From: an uncultured virus (IMG/VR IMGVR_UViG_3300046529_000479)
Taxonomy: Duplodnaviria; Heunggongvirae; Uroviricota; Caudoviricetes
IMG/VR virus record: IMGVR_UViG_3300046529_000479
Length of the DNA: 64,000 nucleotides
Direction: 5' to 3' (one strand)
The notes under the pieces were generated by a model. The model worked only from the letters and a program-made list of their open reading frames with translations, was not told the origin of the DNA and searched no databases. Of the stretch, positions 9,685 to 19,059 are shown piece after piece. The position numbers and the translations under genes are program-made. Positions within the stretch are counted from its first letter, which is position 1. Each line of letters starts with the position of its first letter.

Positions 9685-9974
9685 ACAAGAAAGGATACAG
9701 GCAGTCCGTCCTACTCCACGGGATGATTACGTTCAATCGGCCGGTAAAGATCCTGGCTGAGCGGTTCATCCCGATAGAGCACGAGGGCCGGACAACCGTA
9801 GCCATTTTTATCTATCAGCCAGAGGATCTCGTTACCAAGGATGAGGACGAATTCACGGGCAAGACGAAGTGGTACCGATCGGGCCAGATCCGTTACATGG
9901 TCGCAATCGATGGGCGTCAGAACACCGACGGCATCGTAGACCATTGGGGAGGATTCGAGGATGGCGAAGCGTAA
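9681..9974 (+). CDS. hypothetical protein
   Basis: ATGA-coupled ORF. Confidence 0.5.
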   Translation: MNKKGYRQSVLLHGMITFNRPVKILAERFIPIEHEGRTTVAIFIYQPEDLVTKDEDEFTGKTKWYRSGQIRYMVAIDGRQNTDGIVDHWGGFEDGEA

Positions 9975-12900
9975 GACAGGGGTCATCAGGAGAGATTTCA
10001 AGAAGTCGCTCAGCGACTCGGGGATCAGCGCGTTCAGCGGACGCGATCGACACAAGGAGGAATGTTCCAATGGCGAACAACCAGCATTGGTTCGGAAGGA
10101 GAAAAGGACAGCTCGCGTGCCTGTTCGCGTGCGAGACATGCGGTTCCGAAGCCTTCATCACCACTCTACTTATTCCTTCCTTGACGGATATGCGCTGCCC
10201 GAGGCGCACGTGCGCAGGGCGAATGAGCTTGGTATGGGCTCTCTCGCCCTCACAGAGCACGGAAATGTTTTCAGTCATGCGAAGTTTGAGCAAGCTGCGC
10301 GTAAGGAGGGGATCCAGTCCATCTTCGGGTGCGAGTTCTACTGCGGGCCCATAGATGATGAAAACAGGAAGCAAAGTAAGAACCATCTCACGGTCTTGGC
10401 TGAGACGCAGGAGGGGTATCGAAACCTCCTACGCCTTGTCTCAGAGGCCAATGCCGAAGGGTTCTATCACAACCCAACTGTTTCTGGACAGATGCTATCC
10501 GCTAAGAAACGCGGACTCATTGTACTTAGTGGATGCCAAAGTTCGCTTCTCTTCACTAGCCTCATGGGAGGGAAAGGCATTGATGTTGCGGATGCTTCCT
10601 ACGGGAGAGCTAGAAGCCTGGCTCGTAAGTTTCAATCCACCTTCGGAGACTCGTATTACATCGAGATTCAGGCATTTCCTGAACTCAAGGAAACGTGCCT
10701 GGCTAATGAAGCTCTAGCTCGCATCTCTCGGGAGACAGACATCCCGCTCGTTGTAACGCTCGACTGCCACTACACCGTGCCGACCGAGAAGGAGCTACAA
10801 CAGATCCTTCACAACGTCCGGCCGGGCAAGCAGCAGACGCTGGAGGAGCAGATCCGTGGCTGGGGCTACAACGCCGATCTCTGCGTGGCTCCTAACGACA
10901 ACACGATCCTGCGCAAACTCGTAGCTACGGGTGTGCCTCGCAAGCAAGCAATCGACGCCATCCTCAACACGGAGCAGATAGCGCAGCGGTGTCAGGTCGA
11001 GCTGCCGAAGCTGCCGATGGTAAGGTTTCCAACCAAGGACTCGATAGCTACCTGGCGCGAGTGGCTGAGGCAGGGATGGCGAGAGCGCGAGTGCCACAAG
11101 CTGCCTCGTCCCGAGCGCGAGCGGTACGCGGAAAGGCTGCGCTATGAGATGGGAATCATCGAGGAGAAGGACTTTGTTGACTACTTTCTTATTGTCAGCG
11201 ACTCTCTACGCTGGGCGAAAGACAAAGGAATTGCGGTTGGCCCGGCTCGGGGATCTGCCGCCGCCTCACTGGCGTGTTGGATACTCCGCATCACTGAGGT
11301 CAATCCAATGCTCTTTGACCATCTTGTGTTTGAAAGGTTCATCGACATCTCCCGGCAGGATCTACCTGACATCGACGTGGACTTCGAGGCAGAGAGACGT
11401 CATGAAGTTGTGGACTACCTCATCTACCGCTACGGTCGCGACTGTGTCAGCGATGTTGGTACCTTTACGATGTACAAGTCCAGACTGGCGCTCGACGACA
11501 CGGCGCGCGTCTATGGTATCCCAATCTACGAAGTTGAGAAGGTGAAAGATGTCCTCATCGAACGAAGTAGCGGTGATCTTCGCGCCTCGGCGACCATCGA
11601 GGATACTTTTGAGCAGTTCGAACAAGCCTCGAAGGTTCTCACGGATTTTCCGAACCTGGCGACGGCAACCAGATTGGAGGGCAATGCCAAAGGGTTCGGA
11701 GTCCACGCTGCTGGTGTGGTTGTGTCGAACGGCCCCATTACCGATGTGTGCTCCGTCATCACCCGAGTCGTCAAGGATCGAGTCAGAAAGGTCGTTGGTA
11801 TTGATAAGTACGACGCCGAGTATCTGGGTCTGCTCAAACTAGACTACCTGCGCTTGAACGCGCTCGATCGTCTGGCAGGCTGCTGTCGGGACATAGGAGA
11901 GCCGGTCAGCTATCTCTACAACATACCGACGGAGGACGATGAAGTCATTGCGCTATTCAAAGAGAACGACGTCACGGGGATCTTCCAGTTCGAGGGGCGA
12001 GCAGTGCGATCCATCAACGGAGCCCTTCACCCTGACACTTTCCGAGAGGTTTGCGACATTACAGCACTTGCTCGACCAGGGCCTCTCCATAATGGATCGG
12101 CCCAGAGCTACATCGACATCAAGCGAGGCATCATCAAGCCGACGGTTTCGCATCCTGCGCTGGCGGCGATCACGGCCGGCACCTACTTCCAGATAATCTA
12201 CCAGGAGCAGATCCTGCGCATCGTGCGCGAAATCGGCAACTTCGACTGGACACACGCTGCGCACATCCGTCGCATCATCAGCAAGAAACTCGGCGACCAG
12301 GAGTTTAACCGACAATGGGAACGATTCTGGGAAGGAGCGAGTACAGCACATGAACGTATGGACGTACCTGAAATCTCTGAGGGGGTCGCGAAAGCAATCT
12401 GGGGAGACTGCATCACCGCAGGCTCCTACGCCTTCAACGCCGCCCACACAATCTCCTACGGAACGATCGCCTGGTGGGACGGGCACTTCAAAGCGCACCA
12501 CCAAGGGGTCTGGTACAAGTGGCTCCTGAGAGGCGTATCAGCGCGATCGTCGGCTAACTCGTCCGGCTCTCGCGGGAACACGAAAGCCTCGGCTGTCTCC
12601 AAGGCCAAGATTGACCCCGAGACGGTCGCGCTCCGAGATGTGGTCAGGCACGGCTTCCTAGTGGAGGCTCCACGCTTCGACCAGACGGAGCTAACCTGGA
12701 CGTACAACAACCATACTCGGACGCTCCATGGTGGGCTGCTCCAGATCCCCGGCATCGGCGAGAAGAAGGCAGCTGCGCTGATCGAGGGACGGGACTCCAT
12801 GAGCCTCACCGAGTGGGGCGAGATCGAGCGCATATCAGGATTCGGGCCGAAGACAGCGGCCATGATACAAGATTGGGTCAGCCAACCGGACGTATTCGGA

Positions 12901-13332
12901 ATCTACACCCTGGACAATTTGATCCAGAAGGTCAAGACCGAACTGCCCAACTTGGGCGTACCGGAGCCGACCCATACCGCGCTGGAAGTGCCGTACGAGC
13001 GCGGGCGGGACACGGAGGTTACGTGGATAGGGGTCATAGTCCAAAGGAACCTTCGTGACATCTGGGAAATCAACAAGGCCCGTGGAGTCGAAGTTGACCC
13101 AGAGACGATCGACCGGCCTGATCTTAACGAGTGGATGATCATGGCCGGGTACGACGGCACGGAGCTAGTGTCGGTACGTGTAGACCGCTACAAGTATCCG
13201 GGTTTCCGAAAGGCTCTGTGGGGCCTGCGCCTGAACAAGGACGTTGTAGTAGTCCAGGGCGTGAAGCGCGGATTCAGAGCTGCGCGCGAGGTCAAGGCAA
13301 GCAAGATGTGGGTGATTGACCCCGATGCGTAG
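9961..13332 (+). CDS. dnaE: DNA polymerase III alpha subunit
   Basis: PHP motif HHHSTYSFLDG, TEHG, RGSAA, PDIDVDF, HAAGVV, YQEQ, YAFNAAH; true start could be 10138. Confidence 0.93.
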   Translation: MAKRKTGVIRRDFKKSLSDSGISAFSGRDRHKEECSNGEQPALVRKEKRTARVPVRVRDMRFRSLHHHSTYSFLDGYALPEAHVRRANELGMGSLALTEHGNVFSHAKFEQAARKEGIQSIFGCEFYCGPIDDENRKQSKNHLTVLAETQEGYRNLLRLVSEANAEGFYHNPTVSGQMLSAKKRGLIVLSGCQSSLLFTSLMGGKGIDVADASYGRARSLARKFQSTFGDSYYIEIQAFPELKETCLANEALARISRETDIPLVVTLDCHYTVPTEKELQQILHNVRPGKQQTLEEQIRGWGYNADLCVAPNDNTILRKLVATGVPRKQAIDAILNTEQIAQRCQVELPKLPMVRFPTKDSIATWREWLRQGWRERECHKLPRPERERYAERLRYEMGIIEEKDFVDYFLIVSDSLRWAKDKGIAVGPARGSAAASLACWILRITEVNPMLFDHLVFERFIDISRQDLPDIDVDFEAERRHEVVDYLIYRYGRDCVSDVGTFTMYKSRLALDDTARVYGIPIYEVEKVKDVLIERSSGDLRASATIEDTFEQFEQASKVLTDFPNLATATRLEGNAKGFGVHAAGVVVSNGPITDVCSVITRVVKDRVRKVVGIDKYDAEYLGLLKLDYLRLNALDRLAGCCRDIGEPVSYLYNIPTEDDEVIALFKENDVTGIFQFEGRAVRSINGALHPDTFREVCDITALARPGPLHNGSAQSYIDIKRGIIKPTVSHPALAAITAGTYFQIIYQEQILRIVREIGNFDWTHAAHIRRIISKKLGDQEFNRQWERFWEGASTAHERMDVPEISEGVAKAIWGDCITAGSYAFNAAHTISYGTIAWWDGHFKAHHQGVWYKWLLRGVSARSSANSSGSRGNTKASAVSKAKIDPETVALRDVVRHGFLVEAPRFDQTELTWTYNNHTRTLHGGLLQIPGIGEKKAAALIEGRDSMSLTEWGEIERISGFGPKTAAMIQDWVSQPDVFGIYTLDNLIQKVKTELPNLGVPEPTHTALEVPYERGRDTEVTWIGVIVQRNLRDIWEINKARGVEVDPETIDRPDLNEWMIMAGYDGTELVSVRVDRYKYPGFRKALWGLRLNKDVVVVQGVKRGFRAAREVKASKMWVIDPDA

Positions 13333-13355
13333 ACACCCCCAAACACTGGAGGTTA

Positions 13356-13700
13356 ATGAGGCGACTCGCCGCCATGATCATCGTGGGGTTCGCCCTCACG
13401 ACAGTCGCAACAGCGAGCACGTTCAGCATCCCCCAGCGTCCGCGATGGCTGCCGAAGTTGTACTGGGCCGTCGGGATGTGCGAGACGCAGCTGAACTGGA
13501 GGCACAACAGTGGAACGTATCAAGGTGCCTTCGGGTTCTACTACGGAGCATGGGATCAGTACAAGTATCCCGGCTACCCATCAGAAGCGTACAACGCCAC
13601 ACCATGGCAGCAATATCGCGTCATCCGGCGCATCGGTCTAGGAGGGAATGGCTGCTATACGAACGGCGGCTATCTCTACTGGATGGGCCGGGCACCTTAA
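13356..13700 (+). CDS. secreted Rpf-like lytic transglycosylase
   Basis: signal peptide; CET..NW..N.G.YQGAFGF...W...A..ATP.QQ matches the Rpf/transglycosylase pattern; GGAGG SD. Confidence 0.7.
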   Translation: MRRLAAMIIVGFALTTVATASTFSIPQRPRWLPKLYWAVGMCETQLNWRHNSGTYQGAFGFYYGAWDQYKYPGYPSEAYNATPWQQYRVIRRIGLGGNGCYTNGGYLYWMGRAP

Positions 13701-13721
13701 AAGCAACGAGAAGGGAGCAAA

Positions 13722-14120
13722 GTGCTGTCTAAGACAGAGCTGGCACAAGCCGTCGAGGAGCTGACCGGCGTCAAGCCGGGGTTGTCCAAGAGCGTAATGG
13801 ATGCGCTCGCGCAGATCGCAGAAGAGGAGATCTCCGACGGCTACGACTTCAGCCTACCGGGAATCTGCAAGATCTCTTGGCGGTACACCGCGCCCCGCGT
13901 CAAGGGGCAGATGTACAAGAAGGGCGAGACGTACATCGGCTTCGGTGGCGTCGAGCAGACGGCAGCAGTGGACAGCAAAGCACGCAAGGCTGCTGTCCGA
14001 CTCATGGCCACGCCTGCAACAGCAATCAAGAGGGTCGCGCCCAAGAAGCTCGATCCGAAAGGGCAATCTGCTTTCCTAAAGTCGAAGGCAGGCAAGAACA
14101 TCGTCAGCCAGAAGGGTTAG
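13722..14120 (+). CDS. HU/IHF-like DNA-binding protein
   Basis: MLSKTELAQAV...G...LPGICK, typical HU N-terminus; long arm. Confidence 0.75.
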   Translation: MLSKTELAQAVEELTGVKPGLSKSVMDALAQIAEEEISDGYDFSLPGICKISWRYTAPRVKGQMYKKGETYIGFGGVEQTAAVDSKARKAAVRLMATPATAIKRVAPKKLDPKGQSAFLKSKAGKNIVSQKG

Positions 14121-14122
14121 CG

Positions 14123-15031
14123 ATGGATCCGCATCTCATCTATATCGAGACAGTTGACCAGGAGTACGCCTACTACCATCCGAGCCGGGCGTCGATGGAC
14201 TACCACGAGACTCCTCTGGGCAGGGACGTGGCATTCAACCGCCACTCCAAGAACAGGGAAGGGACTCACAACAGTCCGTTCGACAACGGTCGTATCTCGG
14301 TCGGCGTAGACGACATCCAGGTGCGTCTCGTGCAAGGGATCAACGAGGAAGACTTCCGTGCTGTTCAGAGCCGTGCGCTCAGGGCGACCACGGGGCTCGA
14401 CATCGACAATCCTGGTGAGATGGCGGACTGGGACGAAATGCTCAAGGGAGGTCTACAAGCCTCCCTTGAGACCCAGGTTGTCGTCTTTGAGATCACTGGC
14501 GTGTCCCGATGCTGTACTCACCAGCTCGTACGGACGCGCAAGGCTGGGTTCCACCAACAGAGCCAGCGAGCTACGTGGTACGGGACGCAGCCCCAGGCCC
14601 GGATGCCAGAGTCAATCTGGCGAGCGCCTATCCCTGTCCGTGACGCCTACCTGAAGGCACTCGCGGCGGCGCATGAGGCGTATCGGGTCGCCTGTATCCA
14701 CGACGTGAGCTATCAGGACGCTCGCTATATCCTGCCGGAAGGCACCACTAACTACATCCAGTGCGAGTATCCGCTTCGGGAGTTCATTGCCACCTACGCC
14801 TACCGGGCGTGTACGATGTTCCAGCACGAAATCGTGTACTGCTTCCGGGAGATGGGTAGGCTGCTAGTCGAGGCCCACCCCTGGCTGGAGCCCTACATCA
14901 AGATCACCTGCGAGAAGACCAAGATGTGCGAGTTCCAGGGCTGGGAGCAGGTCGAGGGTCAATGCGACTTCCCCTACGCGATCGAGGAGAACCGGCGCTT
15001 CAAGCCCAAGAAGGAGCTGCGCATCCTGTGA
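14123..15031 (+). CDS. thyX: FAD-dependent thymidylate synthase-like protein (non-canonical motif)
   Basis: SLE..VFEITGVSR..THQLVRTR.......SQR, DARYILP, QHEI; likely start ATG 14123. Confidence 0.75.
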   Translation: MDPHLIYIETVDQEYAYYHPSRASMDYHETPLGRDVAFNRHSKNREGTHNSPFDNGRISVGVDDIQVRLVQGINEEDFRAVQSRALRATTGLDIDNPGEMADWDEMLKGGLQASLETQVVVFEITGVSRCCTHQLVRTRKAGFHQQSQRATWYGTQPQARMPESIWRAPIPVRDAYLKALAAAHEAYRVACIHDVSYQDARYILPEGTTNYIQCEYPLREFIATYAYRACTMFQHEIVYCFREMGRLLVEAHPWLEPYIKITCEKTKMCEFQGWEQVEGQCDFPYAIEENRRFKPKKELRIL

Positions 15032-15465
15032 GCGAGGACGGGTACAAGCACGGGTCTGCTTACTACCACCGCGTCCGACGTATTCGGCAGCAGCTGGAGG
15101 CTGGGTGGGAGCCCAACTATACCCAGTCCGATCCTCAGGTTGTCCCGACGGAGGAGCTAGCATCAGTCCTCCGTCGGGTCGCCGACGAGTGGGATGCTTA
15201 CCACATTGATGAGTACAGCCACAGAGCGCAGTATTCCTTCACGTCAGTCGTTGCCGAGCTAGCAGGGATCGATGACAGAATCGTTCGCAGGATCTTGATG
15301 AGCCAGTTCAGGTGCACGAACCTGAGTATTGCCGACAAGATCCTGACGGCATTGGACATGTCGTACGTGCTCGGGAACGAGATCCACGTGATCCCGAATC
15401 CCACCTGGTCGCAGGAGCGGTGGCAGGCCTGGATGTCCTACCGGGGCTGCGGAGCGGAGGAATAG
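15028..15465 (+). CDS. hypothetical protein, possible HTH
   Basis: GTGA-coupled; VAELAGIDDRIVRRIL...LSIADKILTAL resembles an HTH. Confidence 0.45.
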   Translation: MSEDGYKHGSAYYHRVRRIRQQLEAGWEPNYTQSDPQVVPTEELASVLRRVADEWDAYHIDEYSHRAQYSFTSVVAELAGIDDRIVRRILMSQFRCTNLSIADKILTALDMSYVLGNEIHVIPNPTWSQERWQAWMSYRGCGAEE

Positions 15466-15551
15466 TCGGTGCGCCCCCGGCTTTGCTGCATGGCCATGCA
15501 ATCCCTCGTAGGTGCTAACCCAGGTCGGAGTTCATCCTATCCCTCGAAGGA

Positions 15552-16031
15552 TTGCAGGAGGCTGCAGCAATGTTCCTAGAGACGTGGTTCGAGCCGGGCC
15601 TAGACGTAGACACCGATCTCAATAGCGATTCCTTCGCGAGCGAGGAGATCGCGCGGATCCAGACGGCTGCCTGTCGCATCTTGGTGGCTTTCGACATCCC
15701 CCGCCGACTGGGCGGTGACGCAACGTCCGACGAGCTAGCGGCAGACAAGCGCCGGTGCAAGCGGACAATCCACGTCCTGCGACAATCCCTGGCCGGGTGG
15801 AGCGCGAAGGACTCAAGTAAGGTAGGCTGGCGGCCGATCACCGATGAGGACAAGGTGGAGGGCGCGAGCCTGATCTGGGACAAGTGGTGGGAGGAACAGG
15901 AGAGCTATCTGTCGGCTCGCCGCATCTACATCGCCACTTGGGGACTCAAGAAACCCGACACCGCGTACGCCAAATCGGCAGTCACTCGACTCTCGAATGA
16001 GCTGACCCAAATGGCGTACGCGATGCGATAA
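15552..16031 (+). CDS. hypothetical protein
   Basis: last + strand ORF of the replication block. Confidence 0.5.
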   Translation: MQEAAAMFLETWFEPGLDVDTDLNSDSFASEEIARIQTAACRILVAFDIPRRLGGDATSDELAADKRRCKRTIHVLRQSLAGWSAKDSSKVGWRPITDEDKVEGASLIWDKWWEEQESYLSARRIYIATWGLKKPDTAYAKSAVTRLSNELTQMAYAMR

Positions 16032-16277
16032 CTATTTGCTGTCTCCGTTTGCACCGCGCCAGAGCTTGACCGCTATTCCTCGGATACCGTTCCTTCCAAG
16101 AGCGGCTGCTAGAATAATAATGAAGGTTGTCAGCGTCGCTGCCGCAGCTGGCGGAAGCTCAGCACCAAACAGAGACGCGATCCAGACGACTAGGATGCCA
16201 ATTCCACCACCACTAGCCGCGTCAGCTGCACGCTCTGCCCTGTTGGGGTTATCCTCGGGCGGTTGAACGTCGTTCAC
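16032..16277 (-). CDS. holin-like two-TM protein
   Basis: two hydrophobic helices, basic C-tail, last gene of late operon; GTGA-coupled start at 16277 (ORF track start 16307). Confidence 0.55.
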   Translation of the reverse strand: MNDVQPPEDNPNRAERAADAASGGGIGILVVWIASLFGAELPPAAAATLTTFIIILAAALGRNGIRGIAVKLWRGANGDSK

Positions 16278-17488
16278 GAGAGCCTCATGGGGAACGCCTT
16301 CAGCCAAGCCTTAATGACGTTGACGGGGCTGCTGGGGTCATTGTTGGCACCGTAGGCGAATGTGGCAGCCGACTGTGCAGTGGCGGCCGGGGCGTAATCG
16401 TTCGCAACTTCAACTGTCTGCGCTGTATGGCCATTGGTCGCGTCCAGCCAGCCCTCACCGCCGATTCCCTGGACTCCACCGATGCCGGTGTAGAGATTGA
16501 GATGTGTTCCGCCTACTGCCGATGCCGGCCGATCGAATACACCACCTGCTTCTAGCCGGTACTCGCCTGAGCGCGGCAGCTGAACCTGACATACCGCCGC
16601 AGGACTAGCAGGTAGAGGGATAGCACCAGATGCGTTTGCGTACATTGGCTCCTGACGACCGATGCACTTCCACTTGTACTGGCTGGGCTCAGCCGCGTCG
16701 TAGCGGACGTGCCAGATGGTACGCTGGTCTATGATGATATAGACTTCCTGCCCGTCTGTCGATCCAGCCGGAGGAAAGTTGGCGATGGGCAAGTACGACG
16801 GCCCCTGAATCGCAGCCTGATGGATACGGATCCATATTGTGCTGTTTGAGATGTAGAAGTCGCCGGTGTCCGTCTCGTACCAGGTTAGGCTTGGTGCTGT
16901 TGTTGGATCGCGCAGCACTCTCTGGTTCTTTGTACCGAACAAATTGACGAGCGTGTAGTCGATCGGGGACACGCCGCCGTTGAAGGATGGCCGATGGTAC
17001 GTCGCGTGCTGTCCCGGAGCGGCTAGGCCCGCATCCGAGCCGAGAGCGCGCAGCGCCTCAGTCGAGGCAGCAGCGCCACCTGACGGCTTCAAGCTTGTGT
17101 GAACCTTTGGGCCGGTGACGGAATTGTCGAGCGGAGTCCGCTGGTCGCTCAGCCGGGGATCGTCGCCTGCGCATGCCTGGTGACTGCCTGGGCCCATCGT
17201 GCGCAAGCTGGGAACGTCCGGGTCACCATCCACCGGCGCAGAGATCGTGACAGGGTCGTAACCTGTGCCATTGTCGCGGTAGAGAATTGCCTGGTCGGTA
17301 GCCCAGTAATAGCGTCCTTTGATGCCTGGCTGACCTGGCGTGCTGACCGGCCTCGCGCTGAACGCACCCTGATCATCGATGGCAGCCTTATCGAGTGCGA
17401 CCGCGAGCGCCTGGAACGCCGCTGGCCCGTCTGCCGTGTCAGTCAGCGCGGGGTAGGGCAGCTGGAGTCGAGTTGTAACTGATCCCAC
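16274..17488 (-). CDS. tail fibre protein
   Basis: N-terminal TTRLQLPYP typical of actinophage tail proteins; GDDPRLSD; follows baseplate genes. Confidence 0.65.
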   Translation of the reverse strand: MGSVTTRLQLPYPALTDTADGPAAFQALAVALDKAAIDDQGAFSARPVSTPGQPGIKGRYYWATDQAILYRDNGTGYDPVTISAPVDGDPDVPSLRTMGPGSHQACAGDDPRLSDQRTPLDNSVTGPKVHTSLKPSGGAAASTEALRALGSDAGLAAPGQHATYHRPSFNGGVSPIDYTLVNLFGTKNQRVLRDPTTAPSLTWYETDTGDFYISNSTIWIRIHQAAIQGPSYLPIANFPPAGSTDGQEVYIIIDQRTIWHVRYDAAEPSQYKWKCIGRQEPMYANASGAIPLPASPAAVCQVQLPRSGEYRLEAGGVFDRPASAVGGTHLNLYTGIGGVQGIGGEGWLDATNGHTAQTVEVANDYAPAATAQSAATFAYGANNDPSSPVNVIKAWLKAFPMRLS

Positions 17489-17496
17489 TGTCCCTC

Positions 17497-19059
17497 CTAG
17501 TAGTAGGTCACGTCACGGGCATGTTCCCAGTCGGCGTAATCCGACTTGGCAATCGCCCATGTCCGCGAGGTTGTTGGCGGATAATGATCTCGGAACCACA
17601 TCCAAATCTGTCCGGCTCTCGACAGCAGCGTCATCTGGAGCCCACCCGGCTTGGCTGCCGTCAGAGCCGCGAGGGTGCTGGCTGAGCTAGGCGTCTCACT
17701 CGCGTAGGTGATGAACGTAATGTGGTAGGCTCGATCCTGTCCGGGAAAGTTGGGGTCATACCGCTCATAGACAAACACGTTCTGGTTCCCTGTCAGCGTT
17801 GCCTGAGCGGCCTTGACCATGCGAGCGCGCGTTCCACGATGCCAGCCTGGAGCGTCGAGGATCTCGGCGCGCTTGACATCATTCGTCTGGTTGGTGAACG
17901 TGATCGTCGGAATCCCTACGAACTGCGCCAGCCAGTCCAGGAACTTCGATGGCACATTGTTGATGTCCACGACGAGCTGCCAGCCAGGATCGACGGCCAG
18001 CGCATACGGCTCATGGACGGTGTAAGCGATCGACTTGAAGAAGTTCAGCATTGGCCAGCCAAGACTCTCGTCGGCCCAGGCGAGCGGCAGCATCGCGTTG
18101 TACATGATGTACGTGAACGGCCCATCGAGTGCCGGCACGTCTCGCGGATCTGGCGGTGGCGGTGGTGGCGCAGGTGTCGGCGGCTTGATTGGCGGATAGA
18201 CTGGGATGACAGTCGATCCTGTTGCGACAGCCGATGTCGCCGTAGCCGTAGCGTACGTTGCGTTGACGACCATCTTGCTCTTTGCTGGCAACGCTCCCGC
18301 AGTCGAGGTAGCCGCCGCAGCTACCGGGGCCATCCTTGGACTAGCACTCGGTGACGCGGCCGTTGCAACAGCCGGGACAGCGATCCCTGAAAGAGATTTG
18401 AACGTCGTCGCCGGGATGGCCGACGCCGTAGCGACGGCTGGGGCTGCCTGCCCTCTGACGCCGAGCGAGCCACCACCAAAGTTGTCTAGGGCTACAGAAT
18501 AGCTCCCTGAGATCCTCAAACCAAAGTACTGATTACTGACGACACCCCAGTAGGTATCAGTGTAGTTGCATTGCAGAACCCAGGCACCAGTGGAGTTGTT
18601 CCATGCATAGCACCAGATCTGCATGCCGGTCGTACCGGACGGCTCGAAGTACACCCAGAGTCTCGTGCAGTTTGAGGTGCCTCCGTTGTTCGATGCGATC
18701 GTCGTGTCCGCTGAGGCGACCATTCGGTTCAGCCGGTAGATGTCATTCGCCTGATCACAGACGAAGCGCCATCCATTCCCTACCGAGGTAAGACCAAAGA
18801 TCAACTGGAAGTTGGCTCCTCCGGTGAAACTCGCTAGGTCTATGTAACACTCAGCGCCACCAGCAGCATTCAATAATGTGTTGTAGTAACTAGAGCAAGG
18901 AATGTTCTGCCCAATGTATCCTACAGCATTATTGCCACCGATCTTGAGGGAACTTTCTCCGCTCAGAGCAGGCGATGACCAAGCCGACCCGAGTGATCCC
19001 GAGTCAGCACGGTTGAAGGCATCGAGAATCGCTGTCTGTGGGGCTGCTCCAGGCGGCAT
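17497..19059 (-). CDS. baseplate wedge (P2 gpI-like C-domain) with N-terminal lectin-like domain
   Basis: FLDWLAQFVG...RGT motif; N-terminal DAFNRAD...DNFGGG domain. Confidence 0.65.
   Translation of the reverse strand: MPPGAAPQTAILDAFNRADSGSLGSAWSSPALSGESSLKIGGNNAVGYIGQNIPCSSYYNTLLNAAGGAECYIDLASFTGGANFQLIFGLTSVGNGWRFVCDQANDIYRLNRMVASADTTIASNNGGTSNCTRLWVYFEPSGTTGMQIWCYAWNNSTGAWVLQCNYTDTYWGVVSNQYFGLRISGSYSVALDNFGGGSLGVRGQAAPAVATASAIPATTFKSLSGIAVPAVATAASPSASPRMAPVAAAATSTAGALPAKSKMVVNATYATATATSAVATGSTVIPVYPPIKPPTPAPPPPPPDPRDVPALDGPFTYIMYNAMLPLAWADESLGWPMLNFFKSIAYTVHEPYALAVDPGWQLVVDINNVPSKFLDWLAQFVGIPTITFTNQTNDVKRAEILDAPGWHRGTRARMVKAAQATLTGNQNVFVYERYDPNFPGQDRAYHITFITYASETPSSASTLAALTAAKPGGLQMTLLSRAGQIWMWFRDHYPPTTSRTWAIAKSDYADWEHARDVTYY

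Noticed and set aside
9961..13332. Intein or intron in DnaE, terminase or helicase
   Set aside because: Lengths are normal and no C/S...HN splice motifs or homing-endonuclease motifs are visible; there is only a short Ser/Gly-rich insertion in DnaE.
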